Part shown: positions 55,271 through 64,000 of the stretch, piece after piece
Numbering within the stretch: position 1 is the stretch's first letter
How the letters are laid out: each line of letters begins with the position of its first letter
UHGV virus genome: UHGV-1366123
Source: a virus
Length of the DNA stretch: 64,000 nucleotides
Direction: 5' to 3' (one strand)
The notes under the pieces: generated by a model
Databases searched by the model: none
What the model was told of the DNA's origin: nothing
The model's input: the letters and a program-made list of their open reading frames with translations, nothing else
Made by a program: the position numbers and the translations under genes

Positions 55271-58200
55271 ATGTCTAAAAGATCATCAGCAATTGTTAGA
55301 ACAAACCCATTATTAACTGGTAATATCAAGTTTGTAGTGAAATCAGACGGAGATTTCCAGATTTCCACAATACCAGTTAATGATACATTGTCGAGCATAG
55401 CTTATACGAAACCACTTAGTGTATCATCAGCACCTTTTGATGATATCTCGAAAGTTTTCGCTGATGTTCCGAAGAACATATTCTACGAAGCACCTTCCAA
55501 ACCCGATGGTTATGTCTATGAGAAGTATGCGGACATGGTTGATCAAACCTATCTTTACAAAGTTCAGAGATGTACGTCGATGCTGTACGATGAGGAATTT
55601 TCGATTTTTGCCCCACTTTACATTGGTGAAAAACTTCCGAAATACTTCATCATTTATAAGTCCGATGGAAAGAAGGACAGACTTCGTGACTGTCAAATCT
55701 TGAAGATAATCGATCTCCATAAGTCCCCTATTGGGAAGTATTTCCAAAAACTCACTGATTTCCCACTTTTTAAAAATTCCCACCTACAATGTGACTTTAT
55801 ACAAAAGCATGTCACTTACACTGGGATATCCATCGACAAATCATCAATTGTGCAGATATCCGAATCGATTGAAGACTTTGTGGATGGTGGGAAAAGTGTC
55901 TACGAGTTTGATAAATGGGTCACGGAAGGTTACAAGAGACATTCGCTCGTCTCCCACAAGCTCTTCAACTTCGAGTTCCTTTTTGATGATCCTTCCCGAG
56001 AGATCAAGTATGAGAATTACTTCGGTCTTTATGCCGATGACATAAATCTCACAACCTATCTGTATTCAGACATAAATGATGTCGTAATATCGAAAATACA
56101 AGACAACTTCAAAGATGTCGACCTTTGTCTTATGAAGACTGATGATGCAGTTGTCGATATCAAGAACTTCAAGAAGAAAGATTTCCCACAATACACAACA
56201 ACGAACATTTTCAACATACGCCTTCAAGGAGATGAGGAGCAAGAACCTGCTTACAACGAGATTATCTACGACGCTTCACGTAAGCCGATGATCAACACGT
56301 CGATAAAGATCTTCATTGATGGGAAAGAATCAGAAACGATACTCTCCAACACCCTCTTGAATCTTGAGCAAGGTGACTATGGTTATGAGAAATGGTCTCG
56401 TGATGGTTGGTTCTTGACATATTACAACCCATTCGGATCTAAAGAAGAAGTCCTGCAGAGAATTGCGTCGTGTCTTGAATGGGTCGTTGATGCTCTCCGT
56501 CTGTATGGTGTGAAAGTCTTCGTGGATAATGACCACGACAGAATAATCGTCGAAAACTCAACAAGACCTTCTATTGAGTTCGAGATAACTTCTGCTGATG
56601 GAACACTTTCGCTCTTGTATGAGAAATTCTCAAGAAGTGATAACAACTTCATGATGTCCCATTCTAATGCTCTCAACTGTGTAGACAAGTACGTAAAGAA
56701 TGGGAATCACTTTGAACGTGTCAAGCACGTCAAGAAGAGACGACACGTTGATATGTTCGACATAATCTCGGACACACCAATCTATCAGACAAAGAACGTC
56801 ATACAGGTTTATGATCAGACCGAATTCACCTTGTCCGTCGTGAACTTCATCGATATCTGTGACTTCGACTTTATGATCAAGACAAAGACAAAGAGAAACG
56901 ACATACTCATTGAACTTGAACAATACACTCCCGAAGAACAGAAGACTGATCCCGATCTGTCCAAGTTCCTCGGTTATGATACGATTTCGATTGATGAGAA
57001 GAGACCTCTTGTTTCTCTGCAATCAGTGTGCAAGTGGGTTTCTGAGTTTAAAGATGTCCGTCTGGATGAGTATCGTTTGAATGTATCGGAAGAGTTCGGT
57101 TCGGATAACTTCTCTCCTTCGTTCAACATTTCTTATCCTAATCCGAAGTATTACACCCACGAGTTCTTCCCAATTTCGAGACATCCACTGGTGGAGAAAG
57201 ATGGGAAAATGTCTGCGTATTTCTCTGAACCATTCAACGAACTGAAGTATTGCTTCTCGAGTTATGACTACTTCCAAGAATACTTCACTGTCTTTGGTTA
57301 TAGCTTTAGAGACGGATCGTACTCGAAAACTGATCCTTCTGAAAATTGGTCAATCATTTCGAAGAACAACGTCGGTGACTTCGTTACAATGTTTAGGGGT
57401 GTGCTCATAAGTATCCATTCCAAGAACGATATCGACGGCTACAAGTTCTCCTCGATTCTCAATGTCAATCCTAATGGTCAGTCTTCCATACGCATTGTGA
57501 GAAATAGACGGTTTAAGAGCATTGTTATGATCTGTACCATTTCTTACAATGACTATAAGATATCGAAAAACAATCTCTCCTTCCTCAATCTTTATACAAT
57601 GGGGTCTCAATCCACAAAGTCTAAAGATGGGAAGATAATCGATGGCAACCGTATCGACTTCGAAGGTGTAAGTGGTCTTCTGAAAATTGGTATTGATTCT
57701 TCCAACAATGACACTGTCAAGATGCAGGAATATGACCAGATGTTTGGTATAGAACTCGATATGCGATTTGTCTCTTACACTGATAGTTCTATTGAAATCG
57801 ATGCTATGATCAATGGTAGTCCACGTAAACTTCACGAATGGTACTCATTGAAAGATGATAAAACGTTCATGGAGATAATCGGCATCGAAGAAGATCTGGA
57901 GACTAATAGAAAGAATCTCGTAATGTTCAGATCCTTGAAGTGTGATTCTCTTGGGATTTACCTCAAACACGGATCTCTGACAATCAAAGACTATAACCAC
58001 AATTCGATCGTTATCGGAAAGTCGGTCAAGAAATGGGACAACTCGCACGAATTCTTCACGATTGATGACGGTGTTGTTTACATTGAAGCAAACAAGCCAT
58101 CAATGGAAGCCATCACCACACTTACGCCAAAGTCTCTCGTACAACATATCCAATCGTTAGATCCTAAGAAGAAGTCTTTGAAGTGGTATCTCGTCGGTGG

Positions 58201-59017
58201 TGGTAAAAACTTCCACAATTTCCAACACGAGTTTGTCAACTTCTCTCTTCTTCGTGAGATTGTAGAAAACAACAACTTCTCATATACAGAAGATAGAAGA
58301 CAAGATGACCTACAGTTTAAGTTCCACAGACCTATTGATCTCGGTTCTATGAAGAGGTATGGCGGAAAGTATGATCCAAAGATCAGTAAACTATCGACTG
58401 CTATCAATCCGAAAGTCTCTTCTATGATCGACCATTATCGAATGTCTTATAATGACTCTAAGGACACGTTCGACAAGACGATCAATTACGATATTCGAAA
58501 GGAGAATACTGCATTTGTGCTCGGAGATATCCGAATCCCAGAGTTCGTATACAACGACCATAAGTCATTAAAGGTCACAAGTCTCCCACTTTTTGGCGAC
58601 ACGTCTATCCCTTATGACAAATCTAAGCACTTTGCAGATTTCACGAGTATGTTCTCATCGAAGATCCTCAACTTGCCCAATTCGTTCGAGATAACTGTTG
58701 GGAAGTGGAATGTTGATGATCAAGGGAACTATTCTTCCGAGATTAACCTCATCGATTCTTTCTTGGAAAAGTTCAAGCAGGAGATGATTGATGCCGTTGA
58801 TCATCTTGGTACAATCGATGATCCTCGTGTCTATGTGGAAGAATATTGTAAGAAGAATATCGGAATGCTCTACAAGATCTCGGATTCGAAGATGCTCTCA
58901 AATGGTGAAGTCGTCAAAGATTTCTCAATTTCTCTCGATCAGAACGTCATAAAGATTCATCACCATACGATAGAAAATGTTCATCTTGAGATGACCATTT
59001 CCGTGGGTCTTGTGTAA
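55271..59017 (+). CDS. Large virion structural protein (1248 aa; baseplate wedge or fibre-like)
   Basis: size, late promoter; no enzymatic motifs. Confidence 0.5.
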   Translation: MSKRSSAIVRTNPLLTGNIKFVVKSDGDFQISTIPVNDTLSSIAYTKPLSVSSAPFDDISKVFADVPKNIFYEAPSKPDGYVYEKYADMVDQTYLYKVQRCTSMLYDEEFSIFAPLYIGEKLPKYFIIYKSDGKKDRLRDCQILKIIDLHKSPIGKYFQKLTDFPLFKNSHLQCDFIQKHVTYTGISIDKSSIVQISESIEDFVDGGKSVYEFDKWVTEGYKRHSLVSHKLFNFEFLFDDPSREIKYENYFGLYADDINLTTYLYSDINDVVISKIQDNFKDVDLCLMKTDDAVVDIKNFKKKDFPQYTTTNIFNIRLQGDEEQEPAYNEIIYDASRKPMINTSIKIFIDGKESETILSNTLLNLEQGDYGYEKWSRDGWFLTYYNPFGSKEEVLQRIASCLEWVVDALRLYGVKVFVDNDHDRIIVENSTRPSIEFEITSADGTLSLLYEKFSRSDNNFMMSHSNALNCVDKYVKNGNHFERVKHVKKRRHVDMFDIISDTPIYQTKNVIQVYDQTEFTLSVVNFIDICDFDFMIKTKTKRNDILIELEQYTPEEQKTDPDLSKFLGYDTISIDEKRPLVSLQSVCKWVSEFKDVRLDEYRLNVSEEFGSDNFSPSFNISYPNPKYYTHEFFPISRHPLVEKDGKMSAYFSEPFNELKYCFSSYDYFQEYFTVFGYSFRDGSYSKTDPSENWSIISKNNVGDFVTMFRGVLISIHSKNDIDGYKFSSILNVNPNGQSSIRIVRNRRFKSIVMICTISYNDYKISKNNLSFLNLYTMGSQSTKSKDGKIIDGNRIDFEGVSGLLKIGIDSSNNDTVKMQEYDQMFGIELDMRFVSYTDSSIEIDAMINGSPRKLHEWYSLKDDKTFMEIIGIEEDLETNRKNLVMFRSLKCDSLGIYLKHGSLTIKDYNHNSIVIGKSVKKWDNSHEFFTIDDGVVYIEANKPSMEAITTLTPKSLVQHIQSLDPKKKSLKWYLVGGGKNFHNFQHEFVNFSLLREIVENNNFSYTEDRRQDDLQFKFHRPIDLGSMKRYGGKYDPKISKLSTAINPKVSSMIDHYRMSYNDSKDTFDKTINYDIRKENTAFVLGDIRIPEFVYNDHKSLKVTSLPLFGDTSIPYDKSKHFADFTSMFSSKILNLPNSFEITVGKWNVDDQGNYSSEINLIDSFLEKFKQEMIDAVDHLGTIDDPRVYVEEYCKKNIGMLYKISDSKMLSNGEVVKDFSISLDQNVIKIHHHTIENVHLEMTISVGLV

Positions 59018-59031
59018 CCGCTCTCGGAAGG

Positions 59032-59043
59032 TAAATAAGCAAA
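59032..59043 (+). promoter_or_regulatory. Putative late promoter TAAATAAGCAAA
   Basis: 16 nt upstream of ATG 59060. Confidence 0.5.
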
Positions 59044-59059
59044 TATCCTCCGAAAAAGC

Positions 59060-62000
59060 ATGGGAAAATATAGCGGAACTGACATCCAAGATATGACACT
59101 GTTCAGCATAGAACAAGACGATTCTGTACTGAATCTTGTAGAAAAACTGAACCACAACTTTGATCAGATACTCAGGCATGAAAGAACTGATCTTGTTGAT
59201 TTCATGACTACTTTGATCCTTAGAAACATAGCAGATGGGAAATATTCCGAAATTCTCGGTGCTGAAGGGTCTCGTATAAAGATGATCGGTAAACCTGGGC
59301 GTGATGGTAGCGATGGGCGTGATGGGAACACTGTGGTACAAGCATCACAGTCCGTCAAGTTCCTACAGATGAACACCAGTGATCTTCGTGAAATACAGTA
59401 CAATTCATACTCGATTTCTATTCCTAACACACCAGAAAAGGAAAATGAAAGAATCGAACTTCTGAAGTATCGTGTGGGTGATGTTATATTCACGAAAAAT
59501 GGTGACCTGCTTACTGTCGAATCGGTGACTGATTCTGAGATATTTGTTACAAGAAAGATAAACTACTCAGCACTGAGCGGAGGTGGTGGTGGTGGAGGAA
59601 CATCACCAGGCACTGGAGGAGGTGGAAGTGGATCAACTGGCGGAGGTGGATCTGCTTTCCATATAAACACCGATATTGAAAACTCTACAGTCCGTGACCA
59701 TATTTTACAAACTGCCGATCGTATACTTCTTGGTCAGTTCATTCCTTCATCTGGGGAATCGAATAACAGCACGAGATATTACAGATTTGGTCTTGGTATT
59801 GGGAAGCATGCTTATGGAGATCCAACTCTGGCCATTGCAAACATACCACAGACTTTAACTGCAGATGCTAATGCTGTCGATTCTGATATAAAGGATCAAG
59901 TAAGGTTGTACTTCCGTAAGAATTCCCAGCAATCGTTCGACTTTGTAAGTCCACGTCATTGGGCATCGGCCAGATATGTTGATCTTTACGAGAACGACAA
60001 ATCGAAGGGACTAGTAACTGGTCAACGTCTTCGTCTCTCTCTTGAGAACAGTGATGGTGAAGATACTAACCAACCATTCATAGAACTTCTCACTAACAAG
60101 AGAACAAGCGATTCTCATTCTACGATTTCCACGCATACCTTATCAGTAATTGATCGCCACAACAAGAGGGCAGTCGTTATTGATAATCGTCAGCGGTTTG
60201 TTATAAAGTCCATGATTGCCGATTTCTCAAAGTCTATCCTTTACACGAACGAGAGAAATGATGTCTTGGCAACCGAATATGAAACGTTCTCTGCCCCATC
60301 TATCAAGACCAACACGATCTCTCCTAACAGTGGAACTATGGTTTCCATTGGATCTGGGAATGGACTCTCGGCAGATATCCTCAAAACGAAGAAGTTACAA
60401 GGTGTCAGTGGTGCAATGTCACTTTCTGACAACACTGTTCTGACTGTTGATGCGGGAAGTGATATCCGCATCGGTGACACTTACATTCGTCAGTGGATTT
60501 CTGATACTAATTCAAAAGTTGGTGAACTTGATAGAAAGAGTATAAAATCGAACACTCTCTTCTCAGATATCTTCGTCGATGTTCGAGAGCAGAAGTTAGA
60601 TCTCCGTACTCTTGGGTTTGGTCTGTTCTCTCCGTCTGATGGTAAGAACATGACGATCTCCACCAACACTCTTCAAAAGACTGGTGAAGGGACTTCGTCG
60701 AACATCTACGTTTCGACATTCATCAAGGGTGATGCTGGTGTGTTCCATAACAAATACTCTCCTATTCACAGGTTGTTCGGTGTGTTTGCTATTGGTGACA
60801 CTGACGTTCTTGCAGATACTCATTATGATACCTCTGAAAGTGATAAAAACACGCTCATTGGTATGGGTGCTTGGGGACATGGAAAGTTCGCATCTTCACA
60901 ATCGGTAAGTGTTGAATCAGTCAAATCCAAGAAGATTGCAGATTATGAAGACTACGTGAAGATACCTGCTTTCAATCTTAGTGGTGGTAGCATTGACTAT
61001 TCTACGATAACGTTCCCTTCTCAAAACAAAGACGAAGGTTGGAAGAAAGCAGGTAACGTTATCGTGATGAAGCCATCGACGAACCTCATCAGTCAATCTG
61101 AGAAGTACGTTTTCGAATCTGAGAAGAAGGTGAAGACGTACTACGTGAAGTTGCACAATGAGATCTATGATGACACACGTGACACACGTAAACCGATAGG
61201 TTTCAAAGTTCAAGACGGTTGGTCATGTTTCGAATACGATATCAATGATGTCTCAACTTATCAGAAGACGATATTCGACAAGGTGAGAGTAGATGTCAGT
61301 GATCAAACGAAGAATCACATCGCAGGTAATCGTAGAGGTGCTGGGGTTCCTTATGGTGAAGGTAACATTTTCTCGACCATTATCAACTACGACGCAGAAG
61401 GAAGACCAATAAAGAGAAAACCTGGTGGGAATTCTGCAAACAACTTCATGCTCAATGCGACATCATTTATGGCGTTCATTGGTCATTATCAGATGAAAGG
61501 TCATAGTTCTGAACTACTGGAATATGAAGACATACAACCTGCAGTTTATCAAGACTTTGTACACGAGGTTCAGAGGAATTTCTACTACATGAACGCTATG
61601 GACTTGATAGCAGAAGGTATGAATTCAAACACAAATCCGATAACCTTCGAAAAATTCCAGAGAGTGCTCACGAATGGTGGTACTAAGTGTGAAACGTTCG
61701 ATTCATATATCGAATCAAAACAGAATGGGAGATCGAGGAAGACAGCGTTTGTGTTCTCTCCTATCAAGACGAGATCGATCGTAAAGATGTCACCATTCTC
61801 TGACAGATCTCTCAATCACGTTCCATGTGTTATGACGACATTCATAAAAGATCATAGCGTGACTGATGAATCACAGGAACTCTTGTCAAACGACATGTTC
61901 TCCCTCAAAGTTGTTGGTGATGTTGTTCATATGGACATTTATGTTGAATGTTCAGTGTTGCAGGTGAAGAAACCGAATGTAGACAACTTCTACGCATATC

Positions 62001-62842
62001 AAAGACATGTTTACTCTTCTGGCGCATATGAACCCAACACTGATTCATCAACAGCTTTGAAGACTATTCTCTCCAATACAAGGCTCACGGAATGTTTAAC
62101 TGATGACATTTCATCAAGTCCTATGAGTTTATGGGCAGGGCGTATTCTGTCTAATGCGGAAGGTTATAATGCGGTGTATAAGAAGTCACATGTGCATAAT
62201 ATAAAACTGTCAGATCAAACTCCTTTACAAGAATCGTATGGGTTCTCGATGTCTATGCTGATTCCTTCTGTCTTCATACCAGTGACCGATATCATGTTCT
62301 CTGATAACACAACTCTCTACACGGATGGTATGTGCAGAATATCTGTAACACCATTCAGAGCAGGAAGAAAATCTCTTCAGGGTTCTATGATGAAAGACGC
62401 TATCCCAAATAGAAAAGCGAATATTGATTCAAATCGTCGATTTAACAACGTGGTGTTTGATGATAGACTTGTCGAGTTCAGCGGTTATACATCACTTTAC
62501 AAGAAAGGTGTTGGTTATACACAAGGATACTCTGCCGATTGTGGTTTCGCTCCAAACAAACAATCTTACACCTCGATCGTTGTAGAATTCGAAAATCCTA
62601 ACTACATTGACAAATATTCTCTTTCGTCGAATCTTGTAGAGCCACAGAGCGGTGTGAAGTTCAAGAAGATCTCTCTGACGTGGGTAAAACCTGGTATCTC
62701 AGAAATACTTGAAAGAATGCAGATGTCAGATAGAACAAGAACTGGTGGATTCTCGCTTGATAACGAAATCTCGGTAGAAACCCAGAAGATCTATGGAGAA
62801 GAGATGTACAAGCAGATGCAGAAGTATCTCGATAATGAGTAA
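59060..62842 (+). CDS. Tail-fibre-like protein (1260 aa) with collagen-like Gly-X-Y run and poly-Gly linker
   Basis: GKPGRDGSDGRDGNT collagen-like triplets and SGGGGGGGTSPGTGGGGSGSTGGGGS linker near the N-terminus; late promoter. Confidence 0.55.
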   Translation: MGKYSGTDIQDMTLFSIEQDDSVLNLVEKLNHNFDQILRHERTDLVDFMTTLILRNIADGKYSEILGAEGSRIKMIGKPGRDGSDGRDGNTVVQASQSVKFLQMNTSDLREIQYNSYSISIPNTPEKENERIELLKYRVGDVIFTKNGDLLTVESVTDSEIFVTRKINYSALSGGGGGGGTSPGTGGGGSGSTGGGGSAFHINTDIENSTVRDHILQTADRILLGQFIPSSGESNNSTRYYRFGLGIGKHAYGDPTLAIANIPQTLTADANAVDSDIKDQVRLYFRKNSQQSFDFVSPRHWASARYVDLYENDKSKGLVTGQRLRLSLENSDGEDTNQPFIELLTNKRTSDSHSTISTHTLSVIDRHNKRAVVIDNRQRFVIKSMIADFSKSILYTNERNDVLATEYETFSAPSIKTNTISPNSGTMVSIGSGNGLSADILKTKKLQGVSGAMSLSDNTVLTVDAGSDIRIGDTYIRQWISDTNSKVGELDRKSIKSNTLFSDIFVDVREQKLDLRTLGFGLFSPSDGKNMTISTNTLQKTGEGTSSNIYVSTFIKGDAGVFHNKYSPIHRLFGVFAIGDTDVLADTHYDTSESDKNTLIGMGAWGHGKFASSQSVSVESVKSKKIADYEDYVKIPAFNLSGGSIDYSTITFPSQNKDEGWKKAGNVIVMKPSTNLISQSEKYVFESEKKVKTYYVKLHNEIYDDTRDTRKPIGFKVQDGWSCFEYDINDVSTYQKTIFDKVRVDVSDQTKNHIAGNRRGAGVPYGEGNIFSTIINYDAEGRPIKRKPGGNSANNFMLNATSFMAFIGHYQMKGHSSELLEYEDIQPAVYQDFVHEVQRNFYYMNAMDLIAEGMNSNTNPITFEKFQRVLTNGGTKCETFDSYIESKQNGRSRKTAFVFSPIKTRSIVKMSPFSDRSLNHVPCVMTTFIKDHSVTDESQELLSNDMFSLKVVGDVVHMDIYVECSVLQVKKPNVDNFYAYQRHVYSSGAYEPNTDSSTALKTILSNTRLTECLTDDISSSPMSLWAGRILSNAEGYNAVYKKSHVHNIKLSDQTPLQESYGFSMSMLIPSVFIPVTDIMFSDNTTLYTDGMCRISVTPFRAGRKSLQGSMMKDAIPNRKANIDSNRRFNNVVFDDRLVEFSGYTSLYKKGVGYTQGYSADCGFAPNKQSYTSIVVEFENPNYIDKYSLSSNLVEPQSGVKFKKISLTWVKPGISEILERMQMSDRTRTGGFSLDNEISVETQKIYGEEMYKQMQKYLDNE

Positions 62843-62878
62843 AGATATAAGAAAGGTGGAATATAACATTTTTGTATA

Positions 62879-63862
62879 ATGAGTAGCTACGACGAATTAG
62901 AAGAAAAAGCAAAAGAAAACCTCCTCCGAGAGACAGAAGGAACACCTTTTGGTGGATTCAAACCTATGGATAGAGAACAGCTTGAATCAGAGTTTGTGAC
63001 GAAGCATAACTTCGTGCCTATTCCTGCCGATGAATTACCATCAAGGTCTTTCTTCTATGACAAGGGCACTCAAGTTCTTGTCAAATCTGCAAGCGTTCAA
63101 GAAGTCAAGCATTTCTCATCGATCAATGATGAGGATTTCTTTGACATTCAAGACAAGATGTCCACACTCTTCAACGTTTGTGTGAGAATCTCAAAGAACG
63201 GAAATCCTATAAGTTACAGAGATCTTTCCGAATTCGACAAGATTTACGTCTTCTTCGCTGTTCGTGAGAGAACTTTCCTTGCTGATGGTCGCCAATCCAC
63301 GATTTCTCACAAGTCTCCATGTCCCAGTTGTGGTGAGGAAATCTCGGTAGAAATCGAAAAGGGGAATCTTGGTTATTACAGCATTCCAGATTCTATAATG
63401 AAGTTCTATGATGATGAACGCAGATCATTCGTTATTAATCACGAGAAATTCGAATCTCCGCTTGAAATCTTTGTTCCTACTGTTGGTGTGACGGAGAAGA
63501 TCTTCCAATACATCAAAGAAGCAGAAATCAAGAAGCAGAGAGGTGAAGGTGGTTATTACGACCTTGCTGATCTTACGATCATCATGTACATTACCAAGGA
63601 TTGGAGAGATATCGACGACAGTGGTAAGTACATCAAGCGCAAACTTGAAGAAATCAAGCGTTGGTCAGTCGATAAGTACAAGGTCGCTACTCATGTCACT
63701 AAGACACTCAAAGTTGGTGTTGATCCTATGATGGAAGTACACTGTTCAAAGTGTGGAAAGGAGAACAAGGTACCAGTCCGATTTCCAGAGTGGTCAACTC
63801 TACTCTCTGATGAAAGTATCATTGGAGAACTTTTCGGAGATAGTTCATCGTCTGATCTTTGA
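62879..63862 (+). CDS. hypothetical protein with two CxxC zinc-ribbon pairs
   Basis: CPSCGEE and CSKCGKE. Confidence 0.45.
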   Translation: MSSYDELEEKAKENLLRETEGTPFGGFKPMDREQLESEFVTKHNFVPIPADELPSRSFFYDKGTQVLVKSASVQEVKHFSSINDEDFFDIQDKMSTLFNVCVRISKNGNPISYRDLSEFDKIYVFFAVRERTFLADGRQSTISHKSPCPSCGEEISVEIEKGNLGYYSIPDSIMKFYDDERRSFVINHEKFESPLEIFVPTVGVTEKIFQYIKEAEIKKQRGEGGYYDLADLTIIMYITKDWRDIDDSGKYIKRKLEEIKRWSVDKYKVATHVTKTLKVGVDPMMEVHCSKCGKENKVPVRFPEWSTLLSDESIIGELFGDSSSSDL

Positions 63863-64000
63863 TAAGATACTGTCGTGGTCAGAGATTCATCAGATGCCAT
63901 ATGTTGAACTGCAATCTCTGATCTTGGCTTACAAGAAGAGACTTGAGGAAGAAGAGGAAGAAAGACTAAGGCGAGAAGCTCTGCAACAACAAGAGTATGA

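Overview
This window reads as a 64-kb segment of a T4-like (Straboviridae-like) myovirus genome, about 38-40% GC, compact and mostly +strand coding. I recognise a T4-type core by protein motifs: gp44-like clamp loader, a gp21-like prohead protease fused to an acidic coiled-coil scaffold, a gp23-like major capsid protein with strong codon bias, UvsX-like recombinase, DnaB/gp41-like helicase, gp4-like head-completion protein, gp47/gp46 (Mre11/Rad50) pair, UvsW-like SF2 helicase, lytic transglycosylase, gp5-like spike and gp25-like baseplate wedge, NAD-dependent DNA ligase, and two >1200-aa fibre/baseplate proteins. A 12-nt motif TAAATAA(C/G)(G/C)AAA sits 9-27 nt upstream of at least 11 structural genes and looks like a lineage-specific late promoter. 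Many intergenic regions carry long perfect hairpins (Rho-independent or bidirectional terminators). The stretch about 17.4-25.9 kb is an accessory island. It holds seven minus-strand tRNA or tRNA-like genes, of which I fold four canonically (His-GTG, Ser-TGA, Ile-TAT, Lys-TTT) and three degenerately. It also holds an orphan M.EcoRI-family N6-adenine methyltransferase, an intact lone TnpB (IS200/IS605 OrfB) with a GC-rich putative omega-RNA region, a free-standing ribosomal bL12 C-terminal-domain-like ORF, and a NADAR (YbiA-family) ORF. Next to these lies about 2.5 kb of non-coding DNA built from a 36-bp-stem perfect palindrome, a (GAAGATT)x8 microsatellite, four tandem 25-bp GCATGC-containing repeats, and opposed ATTGTC/GACAAT iteron arrays forming a large inverted-repeat architecture (candidate origin or recombination locus). 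A roughly 85-bp MITE-like hairpin element with TTAAAGAGAGGTACTTTCCTTG-type terminal inverted repeats recurs at 10 or more intergenic sites. One copy abuts a large-terminase ORF that is truncated just after its Walker-A motif. Other items worth a second look: a duplicated ~130-bp iteron plus sigma70-like promoter cassette at two distant loci, a mini-intein/Hint domain in a small ORF, a WYL-domain protein under a late promoter, and a poly-Gly/collagen-like tail fibre. I ran no database searches; every functional call rests on motifs I can read in the translated ORFs.
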